A stretch of DNA of 63,739 nt, the filler included, from Trichomonas gallinae (Eukaryota): assembly GCA_008369845.1 (NCBI GenBank). It is 4 parts of 4 records of this genome, joined end to end, with 100 filler letters (N's around TTAATTAATTAA, not from the genome) between each part and the next. Parts side by side here need not be neighbours in the genome. Positions count along the whole stretch, not along the records: positions 1 to 29,137 come from MRSU01000210.1; 3 more parts are not named here. One strand, given 5' to 3'. The notes under the pieces are model-generated. The model saw nothing but the letters and a program-made list of their open reading frames with translations, did not search any database and was not told the DNA's origin. A program made the position numbers and the translations under genes. Positions 10,381 to 21,879 of this stretch are shown piece after piece. Position 1 is the stretch's first letter; every line of letters starts with the position of its first letter.

Positions 10381-11073
10381 TATAATAATATCAAGAAAAT
10401 TTAGTTGAGCACAACAGAGCCACTATTAATGAAAGAATAGCTTGTTAAAGAGTCTCTTTGAAAACCACCAAATGCAAGTCGGCTTAAATAGTTTCATGAA
10501 TTCATTCTTCGGCATCAACCCCATGAATTAAAGACGAGAGTTAATTAACATCTCGATTTTACAGAAACACATGATTGTGATGACTGACAGAAAAAATCGT
10601 TCTGTGTTTTCAACTTTATATATCAGCATCTTAGGCGAAAGTGATAATGAATTTTGACATGTATATTTTTATGTTGCAGAATGTCAATAAATTGTAAGTT
10701 TTGTTTGTTTTTACTTGACAGATTTTTTTTTAGACTGAATATGAAAAAAGAAGCCAAAATGTTTTTCATATTTCAATGGCTACTGATTTTTTTGAACAGC
10801 AGTTTTCAAATCTGAAAAAAAAAATAAAAATATATTATAACAAACAAATGAAATATTTAGTGCATTATTACAGAACGGCTTGGATAAGATTCATTTCAAG
10901 ATTAAATGGAATTATTCCGAAAAAAAAATCAAAGTTTTGCTAAATTGTGAATTTAGCACGCAATTGTCCTGTGACTTAGTTGCTATTAGTAATTTGCTGA
11001 ATCATGATATATATGTAATTCTTACTTGTCTTTCTAAAAATTTCAAATTTTTGGAAAAAAGTAAGAAACTCGA

Positions 11074-11739
11074 TTAGTTTTCAATATCAGGGATAGCAGC
11101 AACAGCACGCTTAATTTTCTTAAGCTGGGCGGCCGTTTGAGCAGATGGAGCTACAATTCTTTCAGATCTGTCACCATGTTGTTCTCCGCTCTTTGATCCA
11201 TTCTTAAATGCATAAGAAACAGTAATAACCTGTCCACCGAAGTATTCTCCGTTCATTGCCTTCTTTGCTTTATCAGCTGCTTCAAAGCTATCATAAGATA
11301 CGAAACCATGGCCAAGGCCTTTACCAGTACTTGGATCCATAACAATCTTGCATCCTTGAACATTTCCAAACTGTCTGAATGTCTGTAATAAAGTTGCATC
11401 ATTAACATCTTGTGAGAGATTTCCGATATACAGCTTTGCACCAATATCAATCTCATCTCCTGCGATTGCAGCGTTGTTTACTGACATTTTAAGCGGATTT
11501 CCGAAAAGTTTGATTCCATTTAATATGGAAAGTGCGTAAAGAGCGTCTTGTTCTGTTTTGAATTCGACGAATCCGTATCCGTTCATTCTATTTGTGACTC
11601 TATCTCTAGGAATGTTCACGAAAACAACCGGTCCGCATTGCATAAAGAGCTCCCAGAGGATTTCTTCAGTGACATGCTCGCTGATTTCACTGACATAAAG
11701 TGTATTTTCTTTCACTTGCTGATGAATGCGCGAATTCAT
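11074..11739 (-). CDS. SF3B4: Splicing factor 3B subunit 4 (SAP49/Hsh49)
   Basis: Two RRMs with LWELFMQCGPVV..IPRDRVT..GYGFVEF, GIKLFG, DIGAKLYIGNL and ISYAFK-like VSYAFK...GEQHG...ER; TCATT initiator directly upstream. Confidence 0.95.
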   Translation of the reverse strand: MNSRIHQQVKENTLYVSEISEHVTEEILWELFMQCGPVVFVNIPRDRVTNRMNGYGFVEFKTEQDALYALSILNGIKLFGNPLKMSVNNAAIAGDEIDIGAKLYIGNLSQDVNDATLLQTFRQFGNVQGCKIVMDPSTGKGLGHGFVSYDSFEAADKAKKAMNGEYFGGQVITVSYAFKNGSKSGEQHGDRSERIVAPSAQTAAQLKKIKRAVAAIPDIEN

Positions 11740-12148
11740 CAATGAAAAAAGTCAAAAATAAATAAGGTTATTTTGAATAATCAAAAAAAATAATAATTTT
11801 TATTCTCGAATTTTCTACATGAAAATCGAGCGAATAAGATTTCTTTTCTCGCATACTATTAGAGTGTATAGTATACAATCATGTTTACATACTAGGTTAC
11901 TTCAAATCTAATCATATACGCTTGTCGATGTCGAGCATTAACCTGGTGAATTTTTGACAAATATCAAGAATTTTCTAATTTATAAAAATATATCATTGCC
12001 AAGTTAAAATAATAATGATATAATTGCATTATCATCAATCAGAAGATAATGATTCATATAAGTTGACGAGTTTGATGTTTATTGTTGCTTTGTTTTCGAA
12101 AAATCAGAAGAAAAATTTAGAAAAATAAAAAATATCAAAATTTATTAG

Positions 12149-15100
12149 TTAGAACAGGTAAGTCTTCTGGTTGAGAACTGTTGGGCCCTCGTGCTCGAAT
12201 TTAACGCCAAGCTCTGGGTTGGTGTCTATGTCTGTCTTTGTCGACTGGGCCACAATCACGCCCTCAGATGGCGCGTTTTCAAGGAGAATATTTGCTTCAT
12301 CGATGATAGGTCCAGTGACCTCGAACTGCGGCTGTACTTTACCAGCAAGTCCGCAGATAACAGGTCCGCCAGTGATGACGGCAATTTGGAATCTAGAGTC
12401 TGTTTCACCATTCTTCGGTAATGAGTCGTCGAGGAAGCCCTTCATAGCGAGAGCAAGCTTGATGCCGGTTGCTGGTGGGCCAGCGATATCGTGTGACGTG
12501 AAGAGGCCGCCGATATAGAAGAACGAGCCACCGATAGTGCGGATAGGCATGTACGGTGGGTTATGTGACGCGATTGAATCGAGCTGCGTCATGACTTGGT
12601 CAAGGAACTCTGTGGAGTGTTGCACCATATCGAATGCGTTGTTCAGCCTGACGACAACAACAGTTCCCTTCTTGCCGATGAACTTAAAGTTAGTGTCTCT
12701 GCCGGCGATGAATGCAGCAATTGTACGTGGGATGAGCTGGTTGAGGAGACCTTCTGTTGTCTTCTCGAGTGCTTCGAGTTCGTTCCTTGTCGCGTTGATC
12801 TGTCTTGTATCGTTAACGACAACGACGAAGTTTGTCTTGTTGTTCGGGTTCTTGATCGGGTAGGCAGTCATCTGGACGAGGATCATGTTGCCCTGGACGC
12901 ATGTGAGATTGACGTTGTATGAGCAATTCTGGACTTCGACATCGTTGCTCATCAATCCCATCTTCTCTATGAAGTGGAAGGCGCCCTGCTCTTCGATTGT
13001 CATTTCTTGCTGGTTCGGGTTTGGCATCTGGATGATAGAGTTGATTCTCCTACCGACAATTTCGTTGATAGTGACTCCGAATGAGTCCATGAACTTCATG
13101 TTCGCCGCTTCGATGACGTTGTTCTCGCCGACGCAAAGGATTGGCGAGGCGACGTTGTTGAAGACGACTTGAAGTGGATCAAGATCTGCCTCGACTTCTT
13201 CGCTCTTAACAAGCGAGAGAGAGTCGATGATCTGCTTGGACTCAGCGACTACTGGTGGAGGAAGGTGCCTGATAAGCATGAGGAGACCCTCGATAGTGTG
13301 ATACTGCTGAGCGAGAACCAAGGAGACGAAAACGTGAGAGAAGATGCCTAAAACAATAGAAATGATGCCATAAATAATAGGATATAATCTGCCGCTGGCC
13401 ATAAGTCCAACCAAGTAGTCCTTTGTGAGAACACGGCTCTTGAGGAGCAGTGGAGGAAGGTGGACGTTCATGTAGTGGAAGACATCGATATATGCGGACG
13501 AGTTGAGTGTAGCTGTTAATGGTTGATTTGTGGAAGCATTGCCTGAGAGTGTTGTGGAATTGACGATAGTCATCAACTCTTTAGTATTGTATATATACCA
13601 AGACAAGCCGCGGTCGATACCCAAGCATGAGTAGAGATCGTGTGGTGTCGATGTTGTAGCATTCTTGCATGTGTCTGTAACGTGGAGATCTGAGACGGCT
13701 TTGACTCGGTTAACCATACCATCGTTGTTGTTGCCGTGAAGGAAGAACCTGTTCGCCTCTTGTAACTGTGTCATTACGTTGATGAACTCGTTTGTAATTC
13801 TTGTCCTGTTCCAGTGCCTCTTGTATGTTGTAACTGGTGGTCTACCGCTATAGGCTGCTAGTTCAGATGGATACTGGGCAAGGATGCCGTATGTGAGGAG
13901 TGAGAGCATTCTCTGAGCGAGAGCCCCTCTGTACGCGCCAGATGTAGCCTGCCTGAGGACGGATGCGAACTGGTCCATGTTTGTAATTGTCTGTGTGTAT
14001 CCGATGATTGGGAAGATGAACTGAATGATCAGGCAGATGACGATGATGATCATGTAGACCATAAATAAGCTGTTGTAGGATGAAATATGAGACTGAACGT
14101 TGGAGTGGAGCTTTTCGCTGCTGGATGTTGCGCAAATTGGGTTGGATCCTTCGAGGGCCGAGTTAGGGCTGACTGTCAAGAGAGCCTTGAAGATGTTGTT
14201 CTGGGCTACGTTAAGGTTGATGAGTGGGATGAACAAAGTCGTGAGGCTGATGAACAAGAAGATGAGAACGAAGACGATGATTGTGATCTTGTTTGTCTTC
14301 GATCTCTCTCTGGAGTAGTTCAAAGCCTCGTCCATAATGTTGCCCATGATCTCTATGAGCTTTGGAGTTATGAGGATCTGAATAGTAGACTCCTCGCACA
14401 TGACGGAGTTGTTCATGTAGTTCTTCAGCTCTTCGTCAGAAAGTGCGAATTCGTTCCATAATGTCTCTATCGCAGCGCTCTTGACTGCCATTTGCTTGAT
14501 GCTCGCTGTGTTGACATACTGGCCGACGCACTTCGTCTTGTTGATGGACTTCTCAGTGATACTCTCGATGAGCTCGTCCTGGTTAAGCCCCTTATCACTG
14601 CCAGAAGCGAATTCCTTGAAGAAATTAATATATGCGTTTGCGCCTGTCTGCACCCACTTCTTCTGCGATGAGTCGACATCCATGTAGTCGACGCTGGCGG
14701 CCGAACTGCTCGTCGCGTCAGGTATATACCTCTTGTAGTAGTTGATGTCATAGAGAACATTTGTGAGGTTGGCAGCCTTGAGGTAGATGAAGAAGTTGTT
14801 GTAAGCAAGAGACTCCATGATGTTGACGATGTGACCGATCTGCTTGTAGCCGAGATCCTGCTGGTTGAATGATATGTAAAGGAAGACGATGATGACAATT
14901 GTTATGGCCATGATTGCGAGGAATCCGAAGACCCTCAAAACTGTCCAGAGAACATGGTTCGGTGGTTCATACCTGTTTGTGATGTTCTCGACCTGTGCGC
15001 GGAGCTTTGGATACTGGAAAAGCTCGGCGGACTTCTTTTCGATGATACCTGCATCGATTTCTTCTTCGAGTTTCTCAGAGATCAAAGCTGTTCTAGTTGT

Positions 15101-16906
15101 CATTGTCATTGAGAGAGTGAAGTCTCCGTCCATGGCAGAGGAAACGTTACCGTACTTGTCGACAAGCCTGCGGTGGATGAAGGCTGGCTTGGAAATGAGG
15201 AATGCGCGGAAAAGTGGGTCAATGTCGTTGCTAAGTCCTTGTTCTTGGTGTGTAGACTTGACAAGCCAGTAGACACCATCTTCGAAACGGCCGGCACCTT
15301 CAAGGTTGTATGCAGCATAAAGCTCAGAGAACTTTGGATCGTTTGGAAATGCGGCCATAATTTCGCGCCATTCTTTCTTTGTCTGGTTGACAAGATAACC
15401 GAAACCAGAGACCTCATTGAATGGAATGCTTCTGTTTGCACCAACATCTGACCAGAATTGACGAACAAAGCCGATGCAGTTATTTGTCTTTTCGCGAATT
15501 CTGTTGTATGTGTCTCTTGTTCTGACATCATTGCTTGAGAAACGCATCTGTTCGATAGCCATTATGCGCTGAACAAGAATTTGCTCGATCAAACCCTTCG
15601 GAACCATAGATGATAAGGTCTTATATGCATGAAGGAATGATTCATGCTCACCTGGAACGAAAGCAAGAATGCTGCAAGCATAAATCCAAGAAGTGATATT
15701 ATTAAATTTTTCAGCAAACCAAATTGGGAAGTTTCCGTTAAGGATTGAGATTGAACCACCAATAAATGCCGCTCTGCAATACTGTAAGGCCTTATCTTGG
15801 TGCGTGATTTCTAAATCAGCGTAAAACTCACTTGGAATTGAGTTATCGTCGATGGTAAGCATCGTGGTGTTGCGAATAATCATAGTACGGAAGATGAAAA
15901 AGGCCGAAATCGAAGCAATAAGGAAAACGCCAAACGGAAGTGCGAGATAAACTGGTCCAGGAAGGTTTGCGCTGCCCTGAACAACAAGTGTGAGAATGTC
16001 TGCTGTGATTGCATAGCAGTAGATACCGAAAGCGATGGTGTTGCCAGATATCGTTGCAAATGGAATCGAGAGAACTTTCACGCAAAGGAAGATGTGGATT
16101 ATAATTGAGATTACAACAACCAAATACTTATACCAGCTTGGGAAAATAGAGTTGATTTGCCCGATAATAACTAAAATTGTCTCGAGGATAAAGAATAACC
16201 TCGTATGTGTGCCTGTGAATGATGTGAAAATGGATTCTGATGGGTTAGAGAAGTAGTTAATCGTAGAGCAGGATAAATACAGCATAAACATTACACCAAC
16301 TAACAAAATCAAAGATATGAAGAAAACGATGATAGAAACTGTATCAGCTTGAGCAAGTCCTGAAATTGAGCAGCCAAAAATATAGCCTAATGGCATGACA
16401 AATGCAAATACGAATATCTCAAGGGCGATAGCATCCATGAAAATCAACATTTTTGGTATGTATCCCGATATTGTATGAATTGCGAGCGTTGCGAATATGA
16501 TAGCAAGTGTTACTACGTTCGTTGCGATTGCTGCAATAATTGATGTCGTTTCTAAAGTTCCTGGACTATTAGTGAAGGAAAATCCGAGAAGTGTATGGAT
16601 TCCTTTAATGAATGTTCCAGTGCCGGAAGATGAGTAAGTGCTATAGGTAAAGACGGACCAAAAATGTAAGGCAATGAATTGAAGTATAGGCAAAATCATT
16701 TGGATGGTATAAAATAAGATATGCCATATATGCATTTTACAAATTTCATTGACAATTGTGAAAAATCCGCTGATAGATGATTTTTGTGGTGCCGCAGATT
16801 GATTATTAGTTGTCGATGTCGAAATGAGCTTCTCACCGGCACCGATCAGCATGTTTTTCACTCCCATATTATTCTCGGGAGGACCATCTAACGGGACTAA
16901 TTGCAT
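12149..16906 (-). CDS. Multipass transmembrane adenylyl/guanylyl cyclase-family protein with PAS domain (catalytic residues degenerate)
   Basis: Many hydrophobic TM segments; PAS-like region (about 12800-13170); C-terminal class III cyclase fold (LIPRTIA, IRTIGG, GGPVICGLAG, QFEVTG). This architecture is typical of the trichomonad transmembrane cyclase family. Confidence 0.88.
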   Translation of the reverse strand: MQLVPLDGPPENNMGVKNMLIGAGEKLISTSTTNNQSAAPQKSSISGFFTIVNEICKMHIWHILFYTIQMILPILQFIALHFWSVFTYSTYSSSGTGTFIKGIHTLLGFSFTNSPGTLETTSIIAAIATNVVTLAIIFATLAIHTISGYIPKMLIFMDAIALEIFVFAFVMPLGYIFGCSISGLAQADTVSIIVFFISLILLVGVMFMLYLSCSTINYFSNPSESIFTSFTGTHTRLFFILETILVIIGQINSIFPSWYKYLVVVISIIIHIFLCVKVLSIPFATISGNTIAFGIYCYAITADILTLVVQGSANLPGPVYLALPFGVFLIASISAFFIFRTMIIRNTTMLTIDDNSIPSEFYADLEITHQDKALQYCRAAFIGGSISILNGNFPIWFAEKFNNITSWIYACSILAFVPGEHESFLHAYKTLSSMVPKGLIEQILVQRIMAIEQMRFSSNDVRTRDTYNRIREKTNNCIGFVRQFWSDVGANRSIPFNEVSGFGYLVNQTKKEWREIMAAFPNDPKFSELYAAYNLEGAGRFEDGVYWLVKSTHQEQGLSNDIDPLFRAFLISKPAFIHRRLVDKYGNVSSAMDGDFTLSMTMTTRTALISEKLEEEIDAGIIEKKSAELFQYPKLRAQVENITNRYEPPNHVLWTVLRVFGFLAIMAITIVIIVFLYISFNQQDLGYKQIGHIVNIMESLAYNNFFIYLKAANLTNVLYDINYYKRYIPDATSSSAASVDYMDVDSSQKKWVQTGANAYINFFKEFASGSDKGLNQDELIESITEKSINKTKCVGQYVNTASIKQMAVKSAAIETLWNEFALSDEELKNYMNNSVMCEESTIQILITPKLIEIMGNIMDEALNYSRERSKTNKITIIVFVLIFLFISLTTLFIPLINLNVAQNNIFKALLTVSPNSALEGSNPICATSSSEKLHSNVQSHISSYNSLFMVYMIIIVICLIIQFIFPIIGYTQTITNMDQFASVLRQATSGAYRGALAQRMLSLLTYGILAQYPSELAAYSGRPPVTTYKRHWNRTRITNEFINVMTQLQEANRFFLHGNNNDGMVNRVKAVSDLHVTDTCKNATTSTPHDLYSCLGIDRGLSWYIYNTKELMTIVNSTTLSGNASTNQPLTATLNSSAYIDVFHYMNVHLPPLLLKSRVLTKDYLVGLMASGRLYPIIYGIISIVLGIFSHVFVSLVLAQQYHTIEGLLMLIRHLPPPVVAESKQIIDSLSLVKSEEVEADLDPLQVVFNNVASPILCVGENNVIEAANMKFMDSFGVTINEIVGRRINSIIQMPNPNQQEMTIEEQGAFHFIEKMGLMSNDVEVQNCSYNVNLTCVQGNMILVQMTAYPIKNPNNKTNFVVVVNDTRQINATRNELEALEKTTEGLLNQLIPRTIAAFIAGRDTNFKFIGKKGTVVVVRLNNAFDMVQHSTEFLDQVMTQLDSIASHNPPYMPIRTIGGSFFYIGGLFTSHDIAGPPATGIKLALAMKGFLDDSLPKNGETDSRFQIAVITGGPVICGLAGKVQPQFEVTGPIIDEANILLENAPSEGVIVAQSTKTDIDTNPELGVKFEHEGPTVLNQKTYLF

Positions 16907-18325
16907 TCAACAAATTTTTTAAAAAACGTAACTTTTGTAATTTTGATAAAAACGTGCTATATACATCTAAAAGAATGCAATGAATAAAAATTTATTGAAA
17001 TAAATAACGATAAAATATATTGATTTTTAAATAATTGTTTTAGCATTAATATAATGTGTACGATATCGAAATTGATTTTCAATAAATTTTTTGAATTTTG
17101 AATTCGCAGTTTTGAATGATTTACAAATTAGAAGCAGAATGTATTATTAATTAGCCTTCACGAATGAAAATTTAAATTATTCAATTTAAAAAGTTTACAA
17201 ATTACGAAGAATTATTAACATTATGATCTATGATATATGAGTATTAAGAATTTGCTAAAATTGATTGGAGAACCAGCTTTTAAAATTTTCATTAGATTTT
17301 GTTAAAATTTTTGTTAATACATTGTTTTGATGATATTTGATAAGCATGACTAAAAATTCAAAAGTTTACATTCTAAAAACCTTAAGGTTATACTATACGT
17401 TAATGGGTGTAATCTAAAGAATCATAAATCAAGGCATCAATGTTGAGCAATAGTATTTATGATATAAGGATTCATGCTGAGAAGTCAAATCTCAATTTTG
17501 GTAAACTTAAAAATGAAAATGATAATATTTTGCCAACTTTCATCTAAATCACTAGGAACTATGTTCCTATATACCAATATTAATATTTGGAGCCGAGCAA
17601 ACAGCTTCACAACGCTTTAACTCAATGAACTATTTTATTTAACTAGTTAAGTCAAAGATATTAATACGATAGTATAGAATACTATAAAATTCATTAGATT
17701 CTATCACTAATTACTTACTTGTCGCAAAAATCAATATTGAATATCAAGATTTCTTCGTAATAGTCGTTCATTGCCCTTTTTAAACAAATGTTAAACATAG
17801 TTACGGCAACTTAATCGTTGACTTCACCAGCAAATGTCAAGCTGTTTTAAATTAAATATGTTAAGACTAACGAGATATTTCTTATGAACGACATGATATT
17901 CATATATTGTACATGTTTTTGTTACACAACATAAAAGTTTATTGTTTGGTTATGCATTCAAGGAAATCACGAACTTGATCACATAAAAAAATTGATTTTT
18001 TTTTAATATCTTTCATCTACTTGCTTAATTGGCATTCTACCTTTGTTAATTTTAACACAATTCAAAGTTTTTTAAAAATTTATTTTTGAGATAACACATA
18101 TAATTATTCTATGAGTTTTCTCAAAAAAATCTCAATCCAGTTTAAATTTTGGCATTTGTTATGAATAGCATATGATGTTATTCGAAATCAGCAATTAACC
18201 GTGTAAATAAAACAGATCTGGAAATTTGATTATCACTAATATTCGCAAATTGAAATTAGATGTTAGCTAGCTAATACTAAATTATAAATTATTATACTGA
18301 TAAAAATGAAATATTTGCTTATTTA

Positions 18326-18774
18326 ATGAGAGACAATGGCAATAGTAATACAATTGATTCAGGAATTGTGAAGGTGAGTGTCATTAATGAAATAGCACCA
18401 AATGGAGACATCATTGACTACAATAGAAATTCGCAATGGGGATTATATGAAAGTGTTAATAATGCGTTAACATTTGATTTTGTAAGTCGAAAAGTTGCTT
18501 TAAATGATTATACAATGGCATCAAGATCTTATTTTGGAAGTTCTTATTGGGATCATCCTGTTAACTTTGCTATTGAAGGATCAAATGATAATTCTAATTG
18601 GGAGATGATAGATAATAAACCTAACAACTCTGAAATGGGAGGAAACAATATGGCTCATGGGTATGCGAAAAATCGAAGCCATTTCGATACATTCGTTTCA
18701 GACTTGTATCGATTTACGATTCTGGTCATCTATTCACTAGATACTTTGAATTCTTTGGAGATTTAATTAATTGA
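18326..18774 (+). pseudogene. Frameshifted F5/8 type C / galactose-binding-like domain gene
   Basis: LTFDF...LNDYTM...HPVNFAIEGSNDNSNWEMID. The expected C-terminus WVCEKSKPFRYIRFRL...YFEFFGDLIN* lies in the -1 frame from 18658. The 5' end appears degraded. Confidence 0.7.
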
Positions 18775-19308
18775 AGCAAAATAAACTTAAAATTATTCAT
18801 TTTTATTAATGCTATGTGTTTTACTGAAGATCATTAGATTGTCGAAAAAATAGTGTATCTTCAGTTCATATGATCATATTTTGAATCAATTTCAAAATAA
18901 TAGAGAAGGTAAAAATCGAAAATAAATGATATGCTCCTTAATACCTTCACATGCTAAGGAAGCGAGACTAGATTATTCTCAGATTGTGGATCTGTGAGCC
19001 TGATTTTACTGATGTTATTTTGGCATAGCATTTCTCTTCAGCGTAGTTTAGGGAAATTATTACTAGTAAAATGCTCCAAAACTTAACTTGAAGTTCTGAA
19101 TTGGTCCTTTCGAGTTCTATTAGACATCAACGAGTGAGTTAATCATTGTCCTGTCAATATCTTTCTTGATGAACATTACATAATTTGATGCGTGGCAAAT
19201 TAAAAATTATGTCATGTAAATTGTAATTGTAAACAAAATGAATGATTTTACATGACAAATTATGTCGCGTTTTCGTCACTTTTCTTTGTCAGTTTACAAT
19301 AAACTAAA

Positions 19309-20367
19309 ATGACTACACCAGCTTTAGACAGACAAATCCAGGAATTTCAATTTCGAATTCAGCAGAAACTGAAACTCCAGGATGAAGAAATCAATCGTTT
19401 GGCTGATCATCTCGTTAATATTAAATCAAAAATTATTGAAACTCAGAAAAACTGTGCTAAAGTTAATGATCAAATAGAACAAGTCAAAGAATATCATGCA
19501 GCACTCGCAGAAAAACGTAAAATTGACTTCGAATCACGACTTTCACAAATTCACGTTAATCATCTTCAAGATATTCAACAGTTACAAGAATTTCAAGCAG
19601 CTCAAATCGCAGAATTACAGAAAGAGTTCCAAGAATGTTTGGATAAAGTCGGAATACAAAGCAAGGAAAAATCTTCAGAAGAAAATGCAGCGATAGAAAA
19701 CGAATTAGACAACGTCAGGACACTACTTCAGAGCCTCCAAGAAGCCCTAGAAGAAGCAAAGTCCCAAAGAGAAGATGCATCAAGCGGAACTTTTGATCAA
19801 GTTGCTGACGTCGATCAGGGAGTGATTGAAGAGCTCAGGGAGACTTTAGTCATTCGCACAGAAGACAGAATGAGAAATCTCAAAAGTTCAAAGGCAAAAT
19901 TACAGCAGTGTATTAATCTTATTGAAGATTTAGACAGAAAACACGAATTAACAGTACTACAGAAACGCCAAAAGTTGTCAGAATGCCAAAGAGTCTACGA
20001 AGAGACAAAGCAGCAGCTCACTGAGGAAAGAAACATGCAGAGAGCTGATGAACAAGAAAGATTGCGCGAAGTTAATCTCAGAAACAAGCGTTTGCAGCGA
20101 TTAAAGAAGAGGCGTGAGGCAGATCACTCGTCTAACCTCAGGCAAACAGCTTTGGAGGCTGATTTAGTCAGAGGAGCTGGAGGAATAAAATTAAATGCTT
20201 TTGTTCCTGATAATGCATTTGGTGAGCGCGAGAGACTCAATCAAGCGTTAGAAAATAGGAAGAAGGCGCTGAAACAGAAGGAAAAACTCCTTTTCGAGGC
20301 TAGAGAAGAGAATGATAATTTAAAGAGCGAGATTGGAAGGTTGAAGCATATCATTCGTTTTGGTTAA
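19309..20367 (+). CDS. Coiled-coil hypothetical protein
   Basis: 352-aa ORF with E/K/Q/L-rich heptads; GTCACTTT initiator at 19275. Confidence 0.85.
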   Translation: MTTPALDRQIQEFQFRIQQKLKLQDEEINRLADHLVNIKSKIIETQKNCAKVNDQIEQVKEYHAALAEKRKIDFESRLSQIHVNHLQDIQQLQEFQAAQIAELQKEFQECLDKVGIQSKEKSSEENAAIENELDNVRTLLQSLQEALEEAKSQREDASSGTFDQVADVDQGVIEELRETLVIRTEDRMRNLKSSKAKLQQCINLIEDLDRKHELTVLQKRQKLSECQRVYEETKQQLTEERNMQRADEQERLREVNLRNKRLQRLKKRREADHSSNLRQTALEADLVRGAGGIKLNAFVPDNAFGERERLNQALENRKKALKQKEKLLFEAREENDNLKSEIGRLKHIIRFG

Positions 20368-20433
20368 GTTGTATAAATTATGTTTTGTTTAGTTTATTAC
20401 ATACAAATAAGTTTTTTTACAGAAAATACAAAA

Positions 20434-21627
20434 TTAATCGCTTTTCTCCTTAATAAAGCGCTTCTTTAAGAACGGGAACCATATAACTGGGAATCCTACA
20501 ACAAATCCTACTATAATAAAGAACAAGATTTTCGTTTCTAATGGAATTGGATTTTCAAAAAATCCTTTTCCGCAGTGAATAATAAAAATAAGCTCAACCA
20601 ATGGCAACAATGAACAAAGAAATCCAAATGAACCTATTGTTTCTTTCTCTCCTATTGTAAAAAGATAAAATTCATAAACAGATGGAACTGATACAATTAA
20701 ATGGAAGAACATGTGAGATATAACAATTGGATTATCAGGAGACATCGGAAGAACAAGCTTCAGCCCGAATATATCGATTTCTAGTAATAAATCAATTAAA
20801 ATCACGTAAATGAAACAACAGTAACGTTTCAGTGAATAAAGAGGCCTCCAATGGAATTTCCTGAAAGAACGAGGCGCAAACTGATTTAAAACACGTAAAA
20901 TTAATTCTTTTCCGTGAACTTCCTGTATTTTTCTTTTATCCCAGCTGATTTTTGAAAGGAACTGCACAATCTTCATTCCAATGTAGATTCCAAGTCCATT
21001 ACATATCAGAATATCGAGAATGATACTGTCCCACCAGCATTCGTGAAAATTTGGGAACCACTGTCTTAGAAGCACCTCGCATATCTCGAAACAGATGCTA
21101 AGTGTCCAGCAAATCGTATAATCTCGAATAATCATCGAATGAAAAATCCAGCCAAAGAAATGGGCTGGAATAAATATGTCGAAGATGACAGGTTTCACAT
21201 TATGAAACGGATCTAGTGGGTTTTCTCGGTCATAAATCGTGCATTTTTGCGAATAATCTCGATTAACTGAAAAATTTCCTGATTTTCCTGGTGTTAGATC
21301 GACAATATAATCAAGTACGACTTTTCTATCGACTAAGCATAAAGCCAATGTAATTAATATGACTTGAATTAAAATCGCTTGAAAAATTCGCCAAAAAAAC
21401 GGATGAGGCCTAATAAAAGGGCCATCTTTGACCATCAGCGCGATAATAAATGTAGATATGATGAATATTAATGTCGTATTTGTTTCCTTTCTGAAATGAA
21501 ATAATATACCAAATATAACGAATAGAGATATAATGTATCTGGACTTGTACATCCACGCCAATCTCGGAGAATAATCGTTCCACTGCTTGTTTGCTATATT
21601 TGTATCATCAGAAAAGCGTTCATTCAT
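20434..21627 (-). CDS. PSS: Phosphatidylserine synthase (base-exchange, PTDSS1/2 family)
   Basis: DGPFIRPHPFFWR, DIFIPAHFFGW, MIIRD, FEICE, PNFHECWWDSIILDILICNGLGIYIG; multiple TM helices; TCATTTT initiator. Confidence 0.93.
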   Translation of the reverse strand: MNERFSDDTNIANKQWNDYSPRLAWMYKSRYIISLFVIFGILFHFRKETNTTLIFIISTFIIALMVKDGPFIRPHPFFWRIFQAILIQVILITLALCLVDRKVVLDYIVDLTPGKSGNFSVNRDYSQKCTIYDRENPLDPFHNVKPVIFDIFIPAHFFGWIFHSMIIRDYTICWTLSICFEICEVLLRQWFPNFHECWWDSIILDILICNGLGIYIGMKIVQFLSKISWDKRKIQEVHGKELILRVLNQFAPRSFRKFHWRPLYSLKRYCCFIYVILIDLLLEIDIFGLKLVLPMSPDNPIVISHMFFHLIVSVPSVYEFYLFTIGEKETIGSFGFLCSLLPLVELIFIIHCGKGFFENPIPLETKILFFIIVGFVVGFPVIWFPFLKKRFIKEKSD

Positions 21628-21879
21628 CAAAAATGATTTTTTTAAGTCGAAAAATCGAATTTTCTATATTATAACATACGTTCATTCTTCTTCTCTCTTT
21701 TTCGAGAGTTTCCTATATTTTTGACAAAAATCTTCTATATATGACATGTAAATCATACAAATTTCATTTAAATTTGACAATCTGTCATGTAAAACTATTT
21801 GCATAACTTCTTTTTTAGCTTTTTATTATACTATATTAATGTTTACAAAAGAATTTAAATTAAAAAGTAATCAAAAAAA

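Noticed and set aside
10460..10490. AAGTCGGCTTA resembling the RNase P P4 3' strand
   Set aside because: No matching GGAAAGTC-type 5' element upstream.
12171..16256. Many overlapping antisense and alternate-frame ORFs inside the cyclase gene (similar ones in the BEACH, 47319 and 52840 genes)
   Set aside because: These are shadows of codon bias or low-complexity sequence, with no motifs or initiators.
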